Assembly: GCF_003351905.1 (NCBI RefSeq)
Contig: NZ_CP022339.1
Coordinates: forward strand, 660,001 to 692,000
Reading direction: 5' to 3'
DNA from: Candidatus Saccharimonadota bacterium
GTDB lineage: Bacteria; Bacteroidota; Bacteroidia; Cytophagales; Amoebophilaceae
DNA length: 32,000 nt
The translations under genes were made by a program, and so were the position numbers. A model generated the notes under the pieces. The model did no database searches. It was not told the origin of the DNA and saw only the letters and a list, made by a program, of their open reading frames with translations. Positions 10,891 through 19,428 of this stretch are shown here, one piece after another (within the stretch, counting starts at the first letter, position 1; the number at the start of each line of letters is the position of its first letter).

Positions 10891-11466
10891 TTATTCCCAG
10901 GAGCGAGCCGTTATAGCTGCTGCTATGTCATCTGCCATTTTGATGGTTTTTATAAGCGCAGGGATAAGTATGGTAATAAAACTTTTGTCTATGCCTCTTG
11001 CTTTTTGCGCCATCTTTATTTCCTTGAAAGTATTATGAATCACTGGCATAAAACGTATGGCTAGTGTAACAGCAAGGCTAACCTTAGCAGGCTTTATCCC
11101 CACATATGCTAATGGCTTTAATAAGGTAGCTAATCCCTCAATGATATCTAAATAGGATGTGGTCAATAGGATCCATGAAGCAAACAGGACAATGTTACAA
11201 GCTCTAAGTACAACCTTGATCCCATCTATCCACTCTCCCCAAAAGGTATGCATCAAAAAACTCACTATCAATAGGTAAAAGCAAGTGCCTATGGGTTTAC
11301 ATAGTTGACGATAAGAGATATGCATCAACCCACTTAAAGCAAGGGTACTGCTTAAATTGATGAGGTAAAAACGCCAATCATATAGCCTAAACGATAGACT
11401 GCTTACTAGTATCAGCAACATTAATTTCCATTTAGGGGCTATCCTATAAAACGGTTGCTTATTCAT
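10891..11466 (-). CDS. bioN: ECF transporter transmembrane (T) component, BioN/CbiQ family
   Basis: 191 aa, multi-TM, with the conserved KMAQKARGID ... AITARS motifs of EcfT/CbiQ proteins. The start overlaps the upstream ATPase stop by 8 nt, and the gene lies downstream of bioY-bioM. Confidence 0.7.
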   Translation of the reverse strand: MNKQPFYRIAPKWKLMLLILVSSLSFRLYDWRFYLINLSSTLALSGLMHISYRQLCKPIGTCFYLLIVSFLMHTFWGEWIDGIKVVLRACNIVLFASWILLTTSYLDIIEGLATLLKPLAYVGIKPAKVSLAVTLAIRFMPVIHNTFKEIKMAQKARGIDKSFITILIPALIKTIKMADDIAAAITARSWE

Positions 11467-12151
11467 GGTACAATTGGCTATATACCAACTTTTGATAGGC
11501 TTTTATAGCGGCAGAAGGGGGGGCATCTGCTACTAAGCATCCTTGCTCAAAAACCAGTACGCGGTCAAAATCAGCCAGCAGATCTAAGTCATGTGTGACC
11601 ATTAGAATGGTTTGGGGAAGTTGGTCTATGACTTGAACTATTTTTTTCTTATTTCTTAGATCCAACAGCGTAGTTGGCTCATCCAATACAATATAGCTAG
11701 GCATCATAACTAGAACAGACAGAATGGCTAGCAGCTGTTTTTCACCACCACTCAGCAAATGGGATTTACTATATCTTAGGTGCCCCAAACCATAGGTAGT
11801 CAGCAAATCATGAATGGACTGATCTACCTGTTCTTTGCTATAACCCATGTTTTTAAGCCCAAAGGCAATATCCTCTTCTACGATTGGAAAGATAATTTGA
11901 TGGTCAGGATTTTGAAAAATAAATCCTACATTGCGTCTAATAGCTTTACCATGTTTGCAAGTAGATAGGTGATCTATTGCTACTTTCCCTTCAGATGGAA
12001 GCTGTAGCCCATTGATAAGCCTAGCAAATGTACTTTTACCGCTGCCATTTGAACCTATAATGCCAATCCTTTTTTCATGTAATGTAATATTAATACCTTT
12101 TAAAGCATAAAAATGGTCAAAGACAACACTTACATTTTCTATTTTTATCAT
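11459..12151 (-). CDS. bioM: ECF transporter ATPase (A) component, BioM/CbiO family
   Basis: Walker A GSNGSGKST, ABC signature LSGGEKQ, Walker B IVLDEPT, H-loop VTHD. Sits between bioY and the T component. Confidence 0.8.
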   Translation of the reverse strand: MIKIENVSVVFDHFYALKGINITLHEKRIGIIGSNGSGKSTFARLINGLQLPSEGKVAIDHLSTCKHGKAIRRNVGFIFQNPDHQIIFPIVEEDIAFGLKNMGYSKEQVDQSIHDLLTTYGLGHLRYSKSHLLSGGEKQLLAILSVLVMMPSYIVLDEPTTLLDLRNKKKIVQVIDQLPQTILMVTHDLDLLADFDRVLVFEQGCLVADAPPSAAIKAYQKLVYSQLYHE

Positions 12152-12176
12152 CTTCTATCGTTGGTATGGCCTAACC

Positions 12177-12710
12177 TTACATCAAAGGATACGTTCTTTT
12201 AATAACCATTGCAGTAGTAGCTGCAATGGTAGCTTTAATCATATCCCCTGGAATAAATATACAAGAAGATAAAAAAGCTTTGTAGAGCTGAACGTCAAAT
12301 AGGATGCTAATCCAGAATAGACCAAAAATGTAGAGCACAATGATGCCGCCCAATAGGATGTATATAAAGGCCCAAGCTAGATTCAATCTATTCCAATTTA
12401 TTTCAAATAATAAGCCAATTATATAGGCAGAAACCGGGAAACTAAGTATAAACCCACCAGATGGCCCCATGATCACACCTACGCCGCCATGGCCACCGGC
12501 CATAATAGGCAGGCCAGTGGCCATGATGGTTATAAATAACAGAGCGGCTAAAGCACCTCGCCTAGCGCCTAAAATGCTACCGGCTAACATAGGGCCTAAA
12601 GATTGAGCGGTTATGGGCACTGGGGGTACGAATAATAGGGGAGGTATGACGGCTAATGCAGCAAATATCCCAGCAAATAGTGCAATATATACGATATCTT
12701 TTGTGGCCAT
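12177..12710 (-). CDS. bioY: Biotin transporter substrate-binding (S) component BioY
   Basis: 177 aa, six hydrophobic segments. PITAQSLGPMLAGSILGARRGALAALLF...GLPIMAGGHGGVGVIMGPSGGFILSFPVSAYIIG matches BioY family hallmarks. Confidence 0.85.
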   Translation of the reverse strand: MATKDIVYIALFAGIFAALAVIPPLLFVPPVPITAQSLGPMLAGSILGARRGALAALLFITIMATGLPIMAGGHGGVGVIMGPSGGFILSFPVSAYIIGLLFEINWNRLNLAWAFIYILLGGIIVLYIFGLFWISILFDVQLYKAFLSSCIFIPGDMIKATIAATTAMVIKRTYPLM

Positions 12711-12780
12711 ATGTGTTTCTATGGATTTTGGTTGCTAGGTAGCTAAGGCGTATCTGTTCACGATACTGGTTCATAATGCA

Positions 12781-13103
12781 TTTTATCCCATTTTTTTCTT
12801 GATAAAAAAGTGGACAAAAAATCAAGCCCTCGGTAAAAAGTCGCTGAAAGTGTCATCCTACAGATGGAAAAAAAGTGCCCTATGGGGCTTCAAAGCAAAC
12901 TGTTTTGCCTAATCATCTGTATAATGCCACTTGCTACACCGCGACTTTTTACAGAGGCGTTTTTCTTTTAACGCAAAAAACCAGTGACTGGAACAGATAC
13001 TTAATAAAAACCAACTGCGCTGAACATATACGCTAAGGCAAATATAATAGATAAAATAGATGGTTGGTTGATTTTTTGCCAACTTTTTTTTGGATAGAAA
13101 GGT
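12781..13103. mobile_element. MITE-like non-autonomous element, copy B (about 320 bp) with imperfect terminal inverted repeats
   Basis: Left arm GATAAAAAAGTGGACAAAAAATCA (12801-12824). The right arm TGATTTTTTGCCAACTTTTTTTTGGAT (13069-13095) is its imperfect reverse complement. There is no credible coding capacity; the 68-aa ORF 12909..13115 lies inside it. Confidence 0.6.
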
Positions 13104-13118
13104 AGGTATAACCATTCC

Positions 13119-13772
13119 TTATTTTAGTGTAAAGCATAGATAATGAATCTGAATTCCTTGTGCTATAAATCGCTTTTCATAGGTGGTTTGAATGCCAAAA
13201 TGGTAATCTATTAAGGTAGAACCATATACATCTTTTGTATAGTCACATGGTGCTATCCCTTGCTGTTGGAGCACATCTAAGGTATAGCCCAACAGCAAGC
13301 TGCTATCGGTTTTTAAGTGCACGCGCCCTCCTTGTATCGTTATTGTTTCATATAGCTTTAAAAAACGTGGACTGGTGAGTCTACGTTTTATATCCCTGGT
13401 TTTAGGTCTAGGGTCTGGAAAGGTGAGCCACACCTCGGCTATTTCATCTTCTTTAAAAAAATCCAGTAGATGGGTGGCTTGCGCACGTAGAAAGGCAACA
13501 TTTTTTAAGCCATATGCTTTTGCTTCTTGTGCCCCTTTCCAGAGCCGGTCTCCCTTGATATCAATTCCTATAAAATTTCTTTCTGGAAATACTTTAGCCA
13601 ATCCAATGGTATAGGCACCGTGGCCGCAACCAACTTCTAGTGTAATGGGATGGTTGTTGTGAAAATATAAAGCATGCCATACTCCTTTGATATGGTTATA
13701 GATGGCTTTTTCTGGTTCTATAAGCTGTTCCAGCCATTTATTGGCTGCAAAACGCTTGCGCTTCTGTCTCAT
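13119..13772 (-). CDS. trmB: tRNA (guanine46-N7)-methyltransferase
   Basis: 217 aa. SAM motif LEVGCGHGAYTIGLA, then FIGIDIKG and VWLTFPDPRPKTRDIKRRLTSPRFLKLY, typical of TrmB. Confidence 0.9.
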   Translation of the reverse strand: MRQKRKRFAANKWLEQLIEPEKAIYNHIKGVWHALYFHNNHPITLEVGCGHGAYTIGLAKVFPERNFIGIDIKGDRLWKGAQEAKAYGLKNVAFLRAQATHLLDFFKEDEIAEVWLTFPDPRPKTRDIKRRLTSPRFLKLYETITIQGGRVHLKTDSSLLLGYTLDVLQQQGIAPCDYTKDVYGSTLIDYHFGIQTTYEKRFIAQGIQIHYLCFTLK

Positions 13773-13847
13773 AGCTTGAATCAGTAAAAATTACTTTTTA
13801 GATGGGCACTTTTAAAATGGTATGCTCTATTAGAGGAGCATAGGGGC

Positions 13848-14612
13848 CTATTGCCCAGCGTCTGCCATTAAAGTAGTTAAAACCCTATAGCCTTCTTCTT
13901 CCACAGCAATGGTATGCTCAAAGTGGGCAGAATCTTTTCCATCTTTCGTGACAATGGTCCAACCATCTTGTAAAGTTTTAATAGCTGGATGACCAAGGTT
14001 TACGATAGGCTCTATAGCTAATACCATGCCCGCTTTTAAAATAGGTCCCTGGTGGGGCTTTCCATAGTTGGGAATCTGCGGTGGTTCGTGCAGCATAGTA
14101 CCCACACCGTGTCCGCCCAATTCCTTCACAATGCTAAGTTTATGTTGTGTAACGTATTGACCTATAGCATGAGAAATGGTAGAAAGGTGAATGCCTGCTT
14201 TAATGACACGGAGTCCTTCCCATAAAGCTCTCTCAGTGTGCGCTAATAAAAATTTTTGCGTATCAGAGATCTTCCCTACAGGATAGGTCCAAGCACTATC
14301 TCCGATGTAACCCTTGTATTTTACACCTATATCAATGGCCACAATGTCCCCCTCCTGTAGGGGGCGCTTACTGGGTATACCATGCACTACACCATTATTA
14401 ATCGAGATGCAAGTAGCATTTGGAAAGCCACGATACCCCTTAAATATAGGCTCTGCATCATTACTGCGGATGATTTCTTCGACTATTGCATCTAAGGCAA
14501 GGCTATGCACACCTGGTTGAATAGCATTTTTTAAAGTATCATGACAAAGCGCTACAATATGACCCGCTCGTTGCAATAATTTTAGCTCAGAATCGGTGCG
14601 TATTTTTATCAT
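13848..14612 (-). CDS. map: Methionine aminopeptidase, type I
   Basis: 254 aa. Metal-ligand context GDIVAIDIGVKYKGYIGDSAWTY, GHGVG, LAIEP and HFEHTI. Confidence 0.95.
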   Translation of the reverse strand: MIKIRTDSELKLLQRAGHIVALCHDTLKNAIQPGVHSLALDAIVEEIIRSNDAEPIFKGYRGFPNATCISINNGVVHGIPSKRPLQEGDIVAIDIGVKYKGYIGDSAWTYPVGKISDTQKFLLAHTERALWEGLRVIKAGIHLSTISHAIGQYVTQHKLSIVKELGGHGVGTMLHEPPQIPNYGKPHQGPILKAGMVLAIEPIVNLGHPAIKTLQDGWTIVTKDGKDSAHFEHTIAVEEEGYRVLTTLMADAGQ

Positions 14613-14730
14613 ATAATTACAAAATCAATTTCTATATGCACAAATATAGGTTTTTATATAGAATCATCCATTGATTGATCGTTGTTTATACCTTATCTAT
14701 TGTTTAGTTTTAATTGGTTTGAATGTTATA

Positions 14731-15011
14731 CTGGACTGAAAAAATAGGACAAAAAGTTTTTACTTTATTTTCCGTATAGTTTAGTTTTAGAGTCATAAAA
14801 TAAATTACTCAGATGGGAAGAGAAGATATCAGGTATTTTAGTTCGGAAGAGAAGACTAAAATAGTATTAGCTTTGCTACAAGAAGATTTAACGCTAGTTG
14901 AGCTGTCGTCCAAACATGGCGTCACTAGCCAAACGCTTCAAAATTGGAAACATCAGTTTTTAGAGAATGGCTCCACAGTCTTTGATCTATCCAAGGTTGT
15001 TAGTGTATATG
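14731..15011 (+). mobile_element. Remnant of an IS3-family insertion sequence: left end plus a truncated orfA, ending at the 3' end of tRNA-Ala
   Basis: Contains the truncated OrfA below. Its left flank TGAAAAAATAGGACAAAAAG (14737-14756) resembles the MITE arm TGATAAAAAAGTGGACAAAAAA. No orfB or right end is present. Confidence 0.5.
14813..14985 (+). pseudogene. Truncated IS3-family transposase OrfA (HTH_Tnp_1-like)
   Basis: SSEEKTKIVLALLQEDLTLVELSSKHGVTSQTLQNWKHQFLENGSTVF matches the S-x-EEK-x-x-IV-LE...EL...GV....L..W...FLE-G pattern of IS3 OrfA. The 88-aa ORF then reads through into the antisense of tRNA-Ala, so it is chimeric and non-functional. Confidence 0.65.
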
Positions 15012-15085
15012 TGGAGAATATCGGATTCGAACCGATGACCCCTTGCTTGCAAAGCAAGTGCTCTAACCAGCTGAGCTAATCCCCC
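15012..15085 (-). tRNA. tRNA-Ala (anticodon UGC)
   Basis: Minus strand GGGGGAT-TA-GCTC-AGCTGGTTA-GAGC-A-CTTGC-TTTGCAA-GCAAG-GGGTC-ATCGG-TTCGAAT-CCGAT-ATTCTCC-A. Full cloverleaf, G3:U70 Ala identity pair, CCA not encoded. Confidence 0.93.
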
Positions 15086-15196
15086 TTATTTAAAAGTACA
15101 ATTACCCGGTGCAACCACTTGGATTGGAACAAATATAGTAGTGTTGGTTGAATAAATCAAAATAAATTGTTTTATTTTGGCTATTTTACATGCACT

Positions 15197-15694
15197 ATGG
15201 TTATATCTCTTATTGTTGCGTTATCATTAAATAGCGTTATTGGCAAGAAAAATAAGCTGCCATGGCATCTTCCTGCTGATTTACAAGAATTTAAACAACG
15301 TACCCTGGGGCATCATTTGGTAATGGGTAGCCATACTTTTCGTTCCATTGGGCGTATTTTACCCGGTCGGGTGAGTATAGTAGTTAGTTCAACAATGGAT
15401 CAATTGGCTGTGGGCTATCATGTGGTACGCAGTATCGAAGAAGCGATAAGCTTGGCAAAGGCCCAAGGCGAATCGGAGCTATTTGTTATTGGAGGGGAAA
15501 AAATTTACATCCAAACTTTGCCTATGGCGCATAGAATTTATTTGACAAAAATTCATGCTCTTGTAGCAGGGGATACCTATTTCCCTCCACTAGGGGAAGA
15601 ATGGGTGGAACGTGATATACGTTCTTTTAAGGCAGATGCGAAAAATCCTTATGATTATAAATTTATTGTACTGGAAAAGAAAGGCAATAAATAA
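15197..15694 (+). CDS. folA: Dihydrofolate reductase
   Basis: ORF 15167..15694 (TTG); the ATG at 15197 gives MVISLIVALSLNSVIGKKNKLPWHLPADLQEFKQRTLGHHLVMGSHTFRSIG, then LFVIGGEKIY. Classic DHFR motifs. Confidence 0.9.
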   Translation: MVISLIVALSLNSVIGKKNKLPWHLPADLQEFKQRTLGHHLVMGSHTFRSIGRILPGRVSIVVSSTMDQLAVGYHVVRSIEEAISLAKAQGESELFVIGGEKIYIQTLPMAHRIYLTKIHALVAGDTYFPPLGEEWVERDIRSFKADAKNPYDYKFIVLEKKGNK

Positions 15695-16019
15695 CCATTT
15701 CCCTCTTTTGTAGTATACAAAATATAGCGGCAGGTTGTTTGACGAAATGGGGGCTTCACTTTTGCATATAAAAATAAAATAGATGTACGCTTTAAATAGA
15801 CAAAAATAAAACCTTTTAACTTTTTTTATTAAATTGCATTCATTTATAAACTTAATGTTAAGCGGACCGTATCAGTAGGCTTGGCGTGTAGGTCTTTTGC
15901 TTGTTAAGGTATCCAAATGGAAATGGTTACGAATCCAGTCAATAAAATGATCAGAAAGATCAAGTAAAGGTTTCTTGGATAGCAGCAGCCCACATGTTCA
16001 AAGCACAAAAAAAATAACT

Positions 16020-17132
16020 ATGGAGTTCACGGTATCATCAGCTTTGCTGTCACAACAGCTAACTGCCATTAGTGGGGTTATCACCCGTAATCCAGTTGTT
16101 CCAATTTTAGAAAACTTTCTTTTTCAGATAGATCATAATCGTTTGGTGGTTACAGCATCAGATTTACAGACCTCTATTAGCGCTGCTTTGGCGATTCAAT
16201 CAGATGCGCAAGTAAGTGTGGCCATACCTGCGCGTATGTTGCTGGATACCGTTAAGCATCTTCCAGAACAGCCTATTAGATTGGAAATTAATCCAAATGC
16301 GTATACCGTTTCTATTCAATCTGATAGCGGGCAGTATAAATTGGCAGGAGAGAGTGCGAATGATTTTCCGCAGCTTGCTACTTTAGAGGATGGAATAACG
16401 CTAGAGGTAGAAGTGGAGGTGTTGAAAAATATTTTACAGAAAACCTTATTTGCTACGAGTAATGATGAGTTAAAGCCTGCTATGTCTGGTCTATATATAG
16501 AATTAACCCATGCTATGGCTACTTTTGTGGCCACAGATGGTCATCGGTTGGTTCGTTATATTCGTGAAGATCTCTCAGCATCTACCCAGAGCCCTATTAT
16601 TGTGCCTAAAAAAGCATTGTTACTTTTGAATGGTCTATTGAGTGGTAGAGATAAGCAAGTGGGCTTTATGTTTGATCGCCATAAAATCCAATTTAGTATC
16701 GGTAACATTAGTGTGGTTAGTAGATTGGTGGATGAACGTTATCCAGATTACGAAAATGTGATTCCTAAGGAACATACCAGTAAGCTAGCCATCAGTAGAC
16801 CTGCCTTGGTGAGTGCGCTTAGGCGTGCCGCTATTTATGCGAATAAGGCTACCCATCAGGTCAAGTTGAATCTTGTAGACAATCAATTGACTATTTCAGC
16901 AGAAGATTTAGACTTTTCTAATGAAGCACAAGAACAACTTATTTGTACATATGAAGGGTTGCCTTTAGAAATAGGATTTAATGCCAAGCTTTTATTAGAT
17001 ATGTTGACCAGTATCCTAACAGAAGAGGTAGAATTCTTTTTCTGGGGGGCTAATAAAGCGGTGTTAATTTTTCCTAAAGTCCAAAATAAACAGGAGCACT
17101 TGCTCTTATTAATTATGCCTATTATTTTTTAG
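16020..17132 (+). CDS. dnaN: DNA polymerase III beta sliding clamp
   Basis: ORF 15975..17132; the ATG at 16020 gives MEFTVSSALLSQQLTAISGVITRNPVVPILENFLF. Also VVTASDLQTSI, FVATDGHRLV, RLVDERYPDYENVIP and LEIGFNAKLLLDML. Confidence 0.92.
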   Translation: MEFTVSSALLSQQLTAISGVITRNPVVPILENFLFQIDHNRLVVTASDLQTSISAALAIQSDAQVSVAIPARMLLDTVKHLPEQPIRLEINPNAYTVSIQSDSGQYKLAGESANDFPQLATLEDGITLEVEVEVLKNILQKTLFATSNDELKPAMSGLYIELTHAMATFVATDGHRLVRYIREDLSASTQSPIIVPKKALLLLNGLLSGRDKQVGFMFDRHKIQFSIGNISVVSRLVDERYPDYENVIPKEHTSKLAISRPALVSALRRAAIYANKATHQVKLNLVDNQLTISAEDLDFSNEAQEQLICTYEGLPLEIGFNAKLLLDMLTSILTEEVEFFFWGANKAVLIFPKVQNKQEHLLLLIMPIIF

Positions 17133-17200
17133 GTCAATTTTTTTAGTAGTGCTGTTGTGATGTGGGTTGATTCCCTATATAACTTTATCTTTATACGCTT

Positions 17201-18196
17201 ATGTCATACATCTTTTCTATATTTAGACTGATATCCTTTTGTTTATTGTTTGCTCCAGGCTTTGTTCAAGCAAAGTCAGTTAAAAATCAGGGTGAGCTAG
17301 TGGTCCTATTTCATGGGTTAGGCAATCGTGCTGCTTGTTTTGATACGATGAAGCAGGCGCTGGAGCAGGCGTTGCCTACTGCTTCTATGGTTGCTTTGAC
17401 TAGTATGGAAGGTATGCAAAGTATACATCTTTCTATAAAAGAACAAGCTGAAGCTAGCTTTAAAGAACTGGCCAGTAAAGTAGAGTCTTTATATGATAGA
17501 TCTATTCTGTTGGTAGGCCATAGTATGGGTGCGCAAACTGCTTATGCGTTTTTCCAGGCAAATAAAGACCGTTTAAATATAAAGGGGTTGGTTGCGTTAG
17601 GTACCCCATGGGAAGGCGTTCCTGGTGCTAGGGTAGATGCCGCTATGCTCGCACATCATTTGAACAAACCTATTTTAGATGACCTCTCTACATTGTCGTT
17701 AAGCCTTGGTCATCCTAAAACATATCTTGAGGAACAGCTTATGGCGAACGTACAGGCGAACCAAGCGGTATGTCTTTGCCCTGGAGGTAAAGATTTGATG
17801 GAAGATAGTGATTGGTTATCTGAGGTTAAAACGTCGCTTCGTGATGAAACATTGGATATCCTAGCGATAGGAGGAGGGCAAAGTGATTTTAGAGCACTGC
17901 TTAATAAGAAAGGGGCGTTTCGGTTTAAAGATTTAAATAATATCTATACTTTTTTTGTAGTGGGCACAAAGTATCCTAACCTTACGGATCACCATGATAT
18001 GCAGATTCCACTTTATAGTCAGCATGCACTGAATATTGTGCCTAAGGTCAATAAAAAATTTAAAAGAGTATTGATTAAAGATGCTTTTCATAGTACCCAT
18101 GTTTTGGGGATACCTGTTCCAAGGAATAAGGCTATGTTGAGTCATCCTCATGTATTGTATAGCGTGATACGGTTTGCTAAACGCGTACTCAAATAA
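17201..18196 (+). CDS. Secreted alpha/beta-hydrolase, lipase/esterase-like (class 2 lipase / PGAP1-like pattern)
   Basis: N-terminal signal-like MSYIFSIFRLISFCLLFAPGFVQA-K. Oxyanion region VVLFHGLGN, nucleophile elbow LLVGHSMGAQ (GxSxG), then LVALGTPWEG. Confidence 0.7.
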   Translation: MSYIFSIFRLISFCLLFAPGFVQAKSVKNQGELVVLFHGLGNRAACFDTMKQALEQALPTASMVALTSMEGMQSIHLSIKEQAEASFKELASKVESLYDRSILLVGHSMGAQTAYAFFQANKDRLNIKGLVALGTPWEGVPGARVDAAMLAHHLNKPILDDLSTLSLSLGHPKTYLEEQLMANVQANQAVCLCPGGKDLMEDSDWLSEVKTSLRDETLDILAIGGGQSDFRALLNKKGAFRFKDLNNIYTFFVVGTKYPNLTDHHDMQIPLYSQHALNIVPKVNKKFKRVLIKDAFHSTHVLGIPVPRNKAMLSHPHVLYSVIRFAKRVLK

Positions 18197-18233
18197 GCAG
18201 AGATAATCCGATTAGATGATCCGTATAGTTGTT

Positions 18234-18322
18234 GGAGTAGTGTCTGAGTGGTTGAAGGTATCCGTCTCGAAAACGGGTGTACCCTGAATAAGGTACCGGG
18301 GGTTCGAATCCCTCCTACTCCG
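18234..18322 (+). tRNA. tRNA-Ser (anticodon CGA), type II with long variable arm
   Basis: GGAGTAG...TCCGT-CTCGAAA-ACGGG, variable arm GTACC-CTGAATAA-GGTAC, then GGGGG-TTCGAAT-CCCTC-CTACTCC-G. CCA not encoded. Confidence 0.92.
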
Positions 18323-18395
18323 CTTGTGGCTGAAATAGATAGGCTGTAGCATTGACCAAGTAACGTGAACGACAGATACAGTAAAGCGCGCATCT

Positions 18396-19394
18396 ATGCA
18401 GAAGTTATTGATAACAGGTGGAGCTGGTTTTATAGGTTCACATTGTATTCAATTTTTTTTAAAAAAATATCCTCATTATTATATTGTTAATCTAGATAAG
18501 CTGACCTATGCGGCCCGTATATCTTTTGCACTGCAGGAGCGGCCTAACTATCATTTTGTTCCAGGAGATGTTACCAACTTTTGGTTGGTTTCGGAGTTGT
18601 TTCAAAAATTTAACTTTGATGGCGTTATTCATTTTGCTGCTGAATCACACGTAGATAGATCAATTGTTGATCCACTTCTTTTTATGAAGACCAATGTAGA
18701 AGGCACTGGGAATCTGTTGCATGCAGCTTATCGCCATTGGTTCCAAGCACCAGGTCAACCACAGTATCCCAATCATCGCTTTATATATATTTCTACGGAT
18801 GAAGTTTATGGCGCACTAGATGCAGATCATAGGCCCTATATAGAAACCGATACCCTAGCGCCTAGTAACCCTTATAGTGCCAGTAAAGCTGCAGGGGAAT
18901 GCATCGTACAGGGTTATGCCCATACGTATGGACTATATACAGTTATTACTCGTTCCACCAATAATTATGGTCCGCATCAATACCCAGAAAAACTTATTCC
19001 TATGGTCTTGGAAAATGCCCTACAAGGGCAATCTATTGCATTGCATGGAGATGGAAGTAGTATTCGAGATTGGTTGCATGTAGAGGACCACTGTAGGGCG
19101 ATTGATTGCGTTTTGCATAAAGGCCAAAGTGGCCAAGTGTATAATATTGGCGCAAATGAAGCGCGCACCAATCTTGAAATCACATCGATGATTTGCCACA
19201 TGTTAGACGATTTAAAACCACTCAGTGACAGGTCTTATACTTCTTTGATTCGTTTCATCGCTGATAGAATAGGCCAAGATAGGCGCTATGCCCTTGATTG
19301 TACAAAAATTCAGGAAACACTAGGCTGGGCACCATGTATTACCTTGCAAGAGGGCCTAGAGCAACTTGTGCGTGGCCAGATCGGTCAAGATTGA
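18396..19394 (+). CDS. rfbB: dTDP-glucose 4,6-dehydratase
   Basis: 332 aa. GGAGFIGSH Rossmann motif, HFAAESHVDRS, STDEVYG, YSASKAAGE (YxxxK), and GDGSSIRDWLHVEDHCRAI. Confidence 0.9.
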   Translation: MQKLLITGGAGFIGSHCIQFFLKKYPHYYIVNLDKLTYAARISFALQERPNYHFVPGDVTNFWLVSELFQKFNFDGVIHFAAESHVDRSIVDPLLFMKTNVEGTGNLLHAAYRHWFQAPGQPQYPNHRFIYISTDEVYGALDADHRPYIETDTLAPSNPYSASKAAGECIVQGYAHTYGLYTVITRSTNNYGPHQYPEKLIPMVLENALQGQSIALHGDGSSIRDWLHVEDHCRAIDCVLHKGQSGQVYNIGANEARTNLEITSMICHMLDDLKPLSDRSYTSLIRFIADRIGQDRRYALDCTKIQETLGWAPCITLQEGLEQLVRGQIGQD

Positions 19395-19428
19395 TCTTCT
19401 TTAGCCTATCAAAATAAATTTGTATCCT

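Noticed and set aside
10786-11064. 92-aa plus-strand ORF
   Set aside because: It largely overlaps the antisense of bioN and starts in the repeat remnant. The bioN frame has clear EcfT motifs.
12909-13115. 68-aa minus-strand ORF
   Set aside because: It lies inside the MITE-like element and runs through its terminal repeat. Composition is low-complexity and there are no motifs.
14813-15079. 88-aa ORF taken as an intact gene
   Set aside because: It is a chimera: a truncated IS3 OrfA N-terminus running into the antisense of tRNA-Ala. Annotated as a pseudogene remnant instead.
15695-16019. Possible oriC / DnaA boxes upstream of dnaN
   Set aside because: Only weak matches to TTATCCACA were found (GTATCCAAA 7/9, CTTGGATAG 6/9). 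There is no dnaA gene adjacent and no box cluster. Evidence is insufficient.
18148-18393. 81-aa minus-strand ORF
   Set aside because: It spans the antisense of tRNA-Ser(CGA) and the intergenic spacer; the tRNA explains the sequence conservation.
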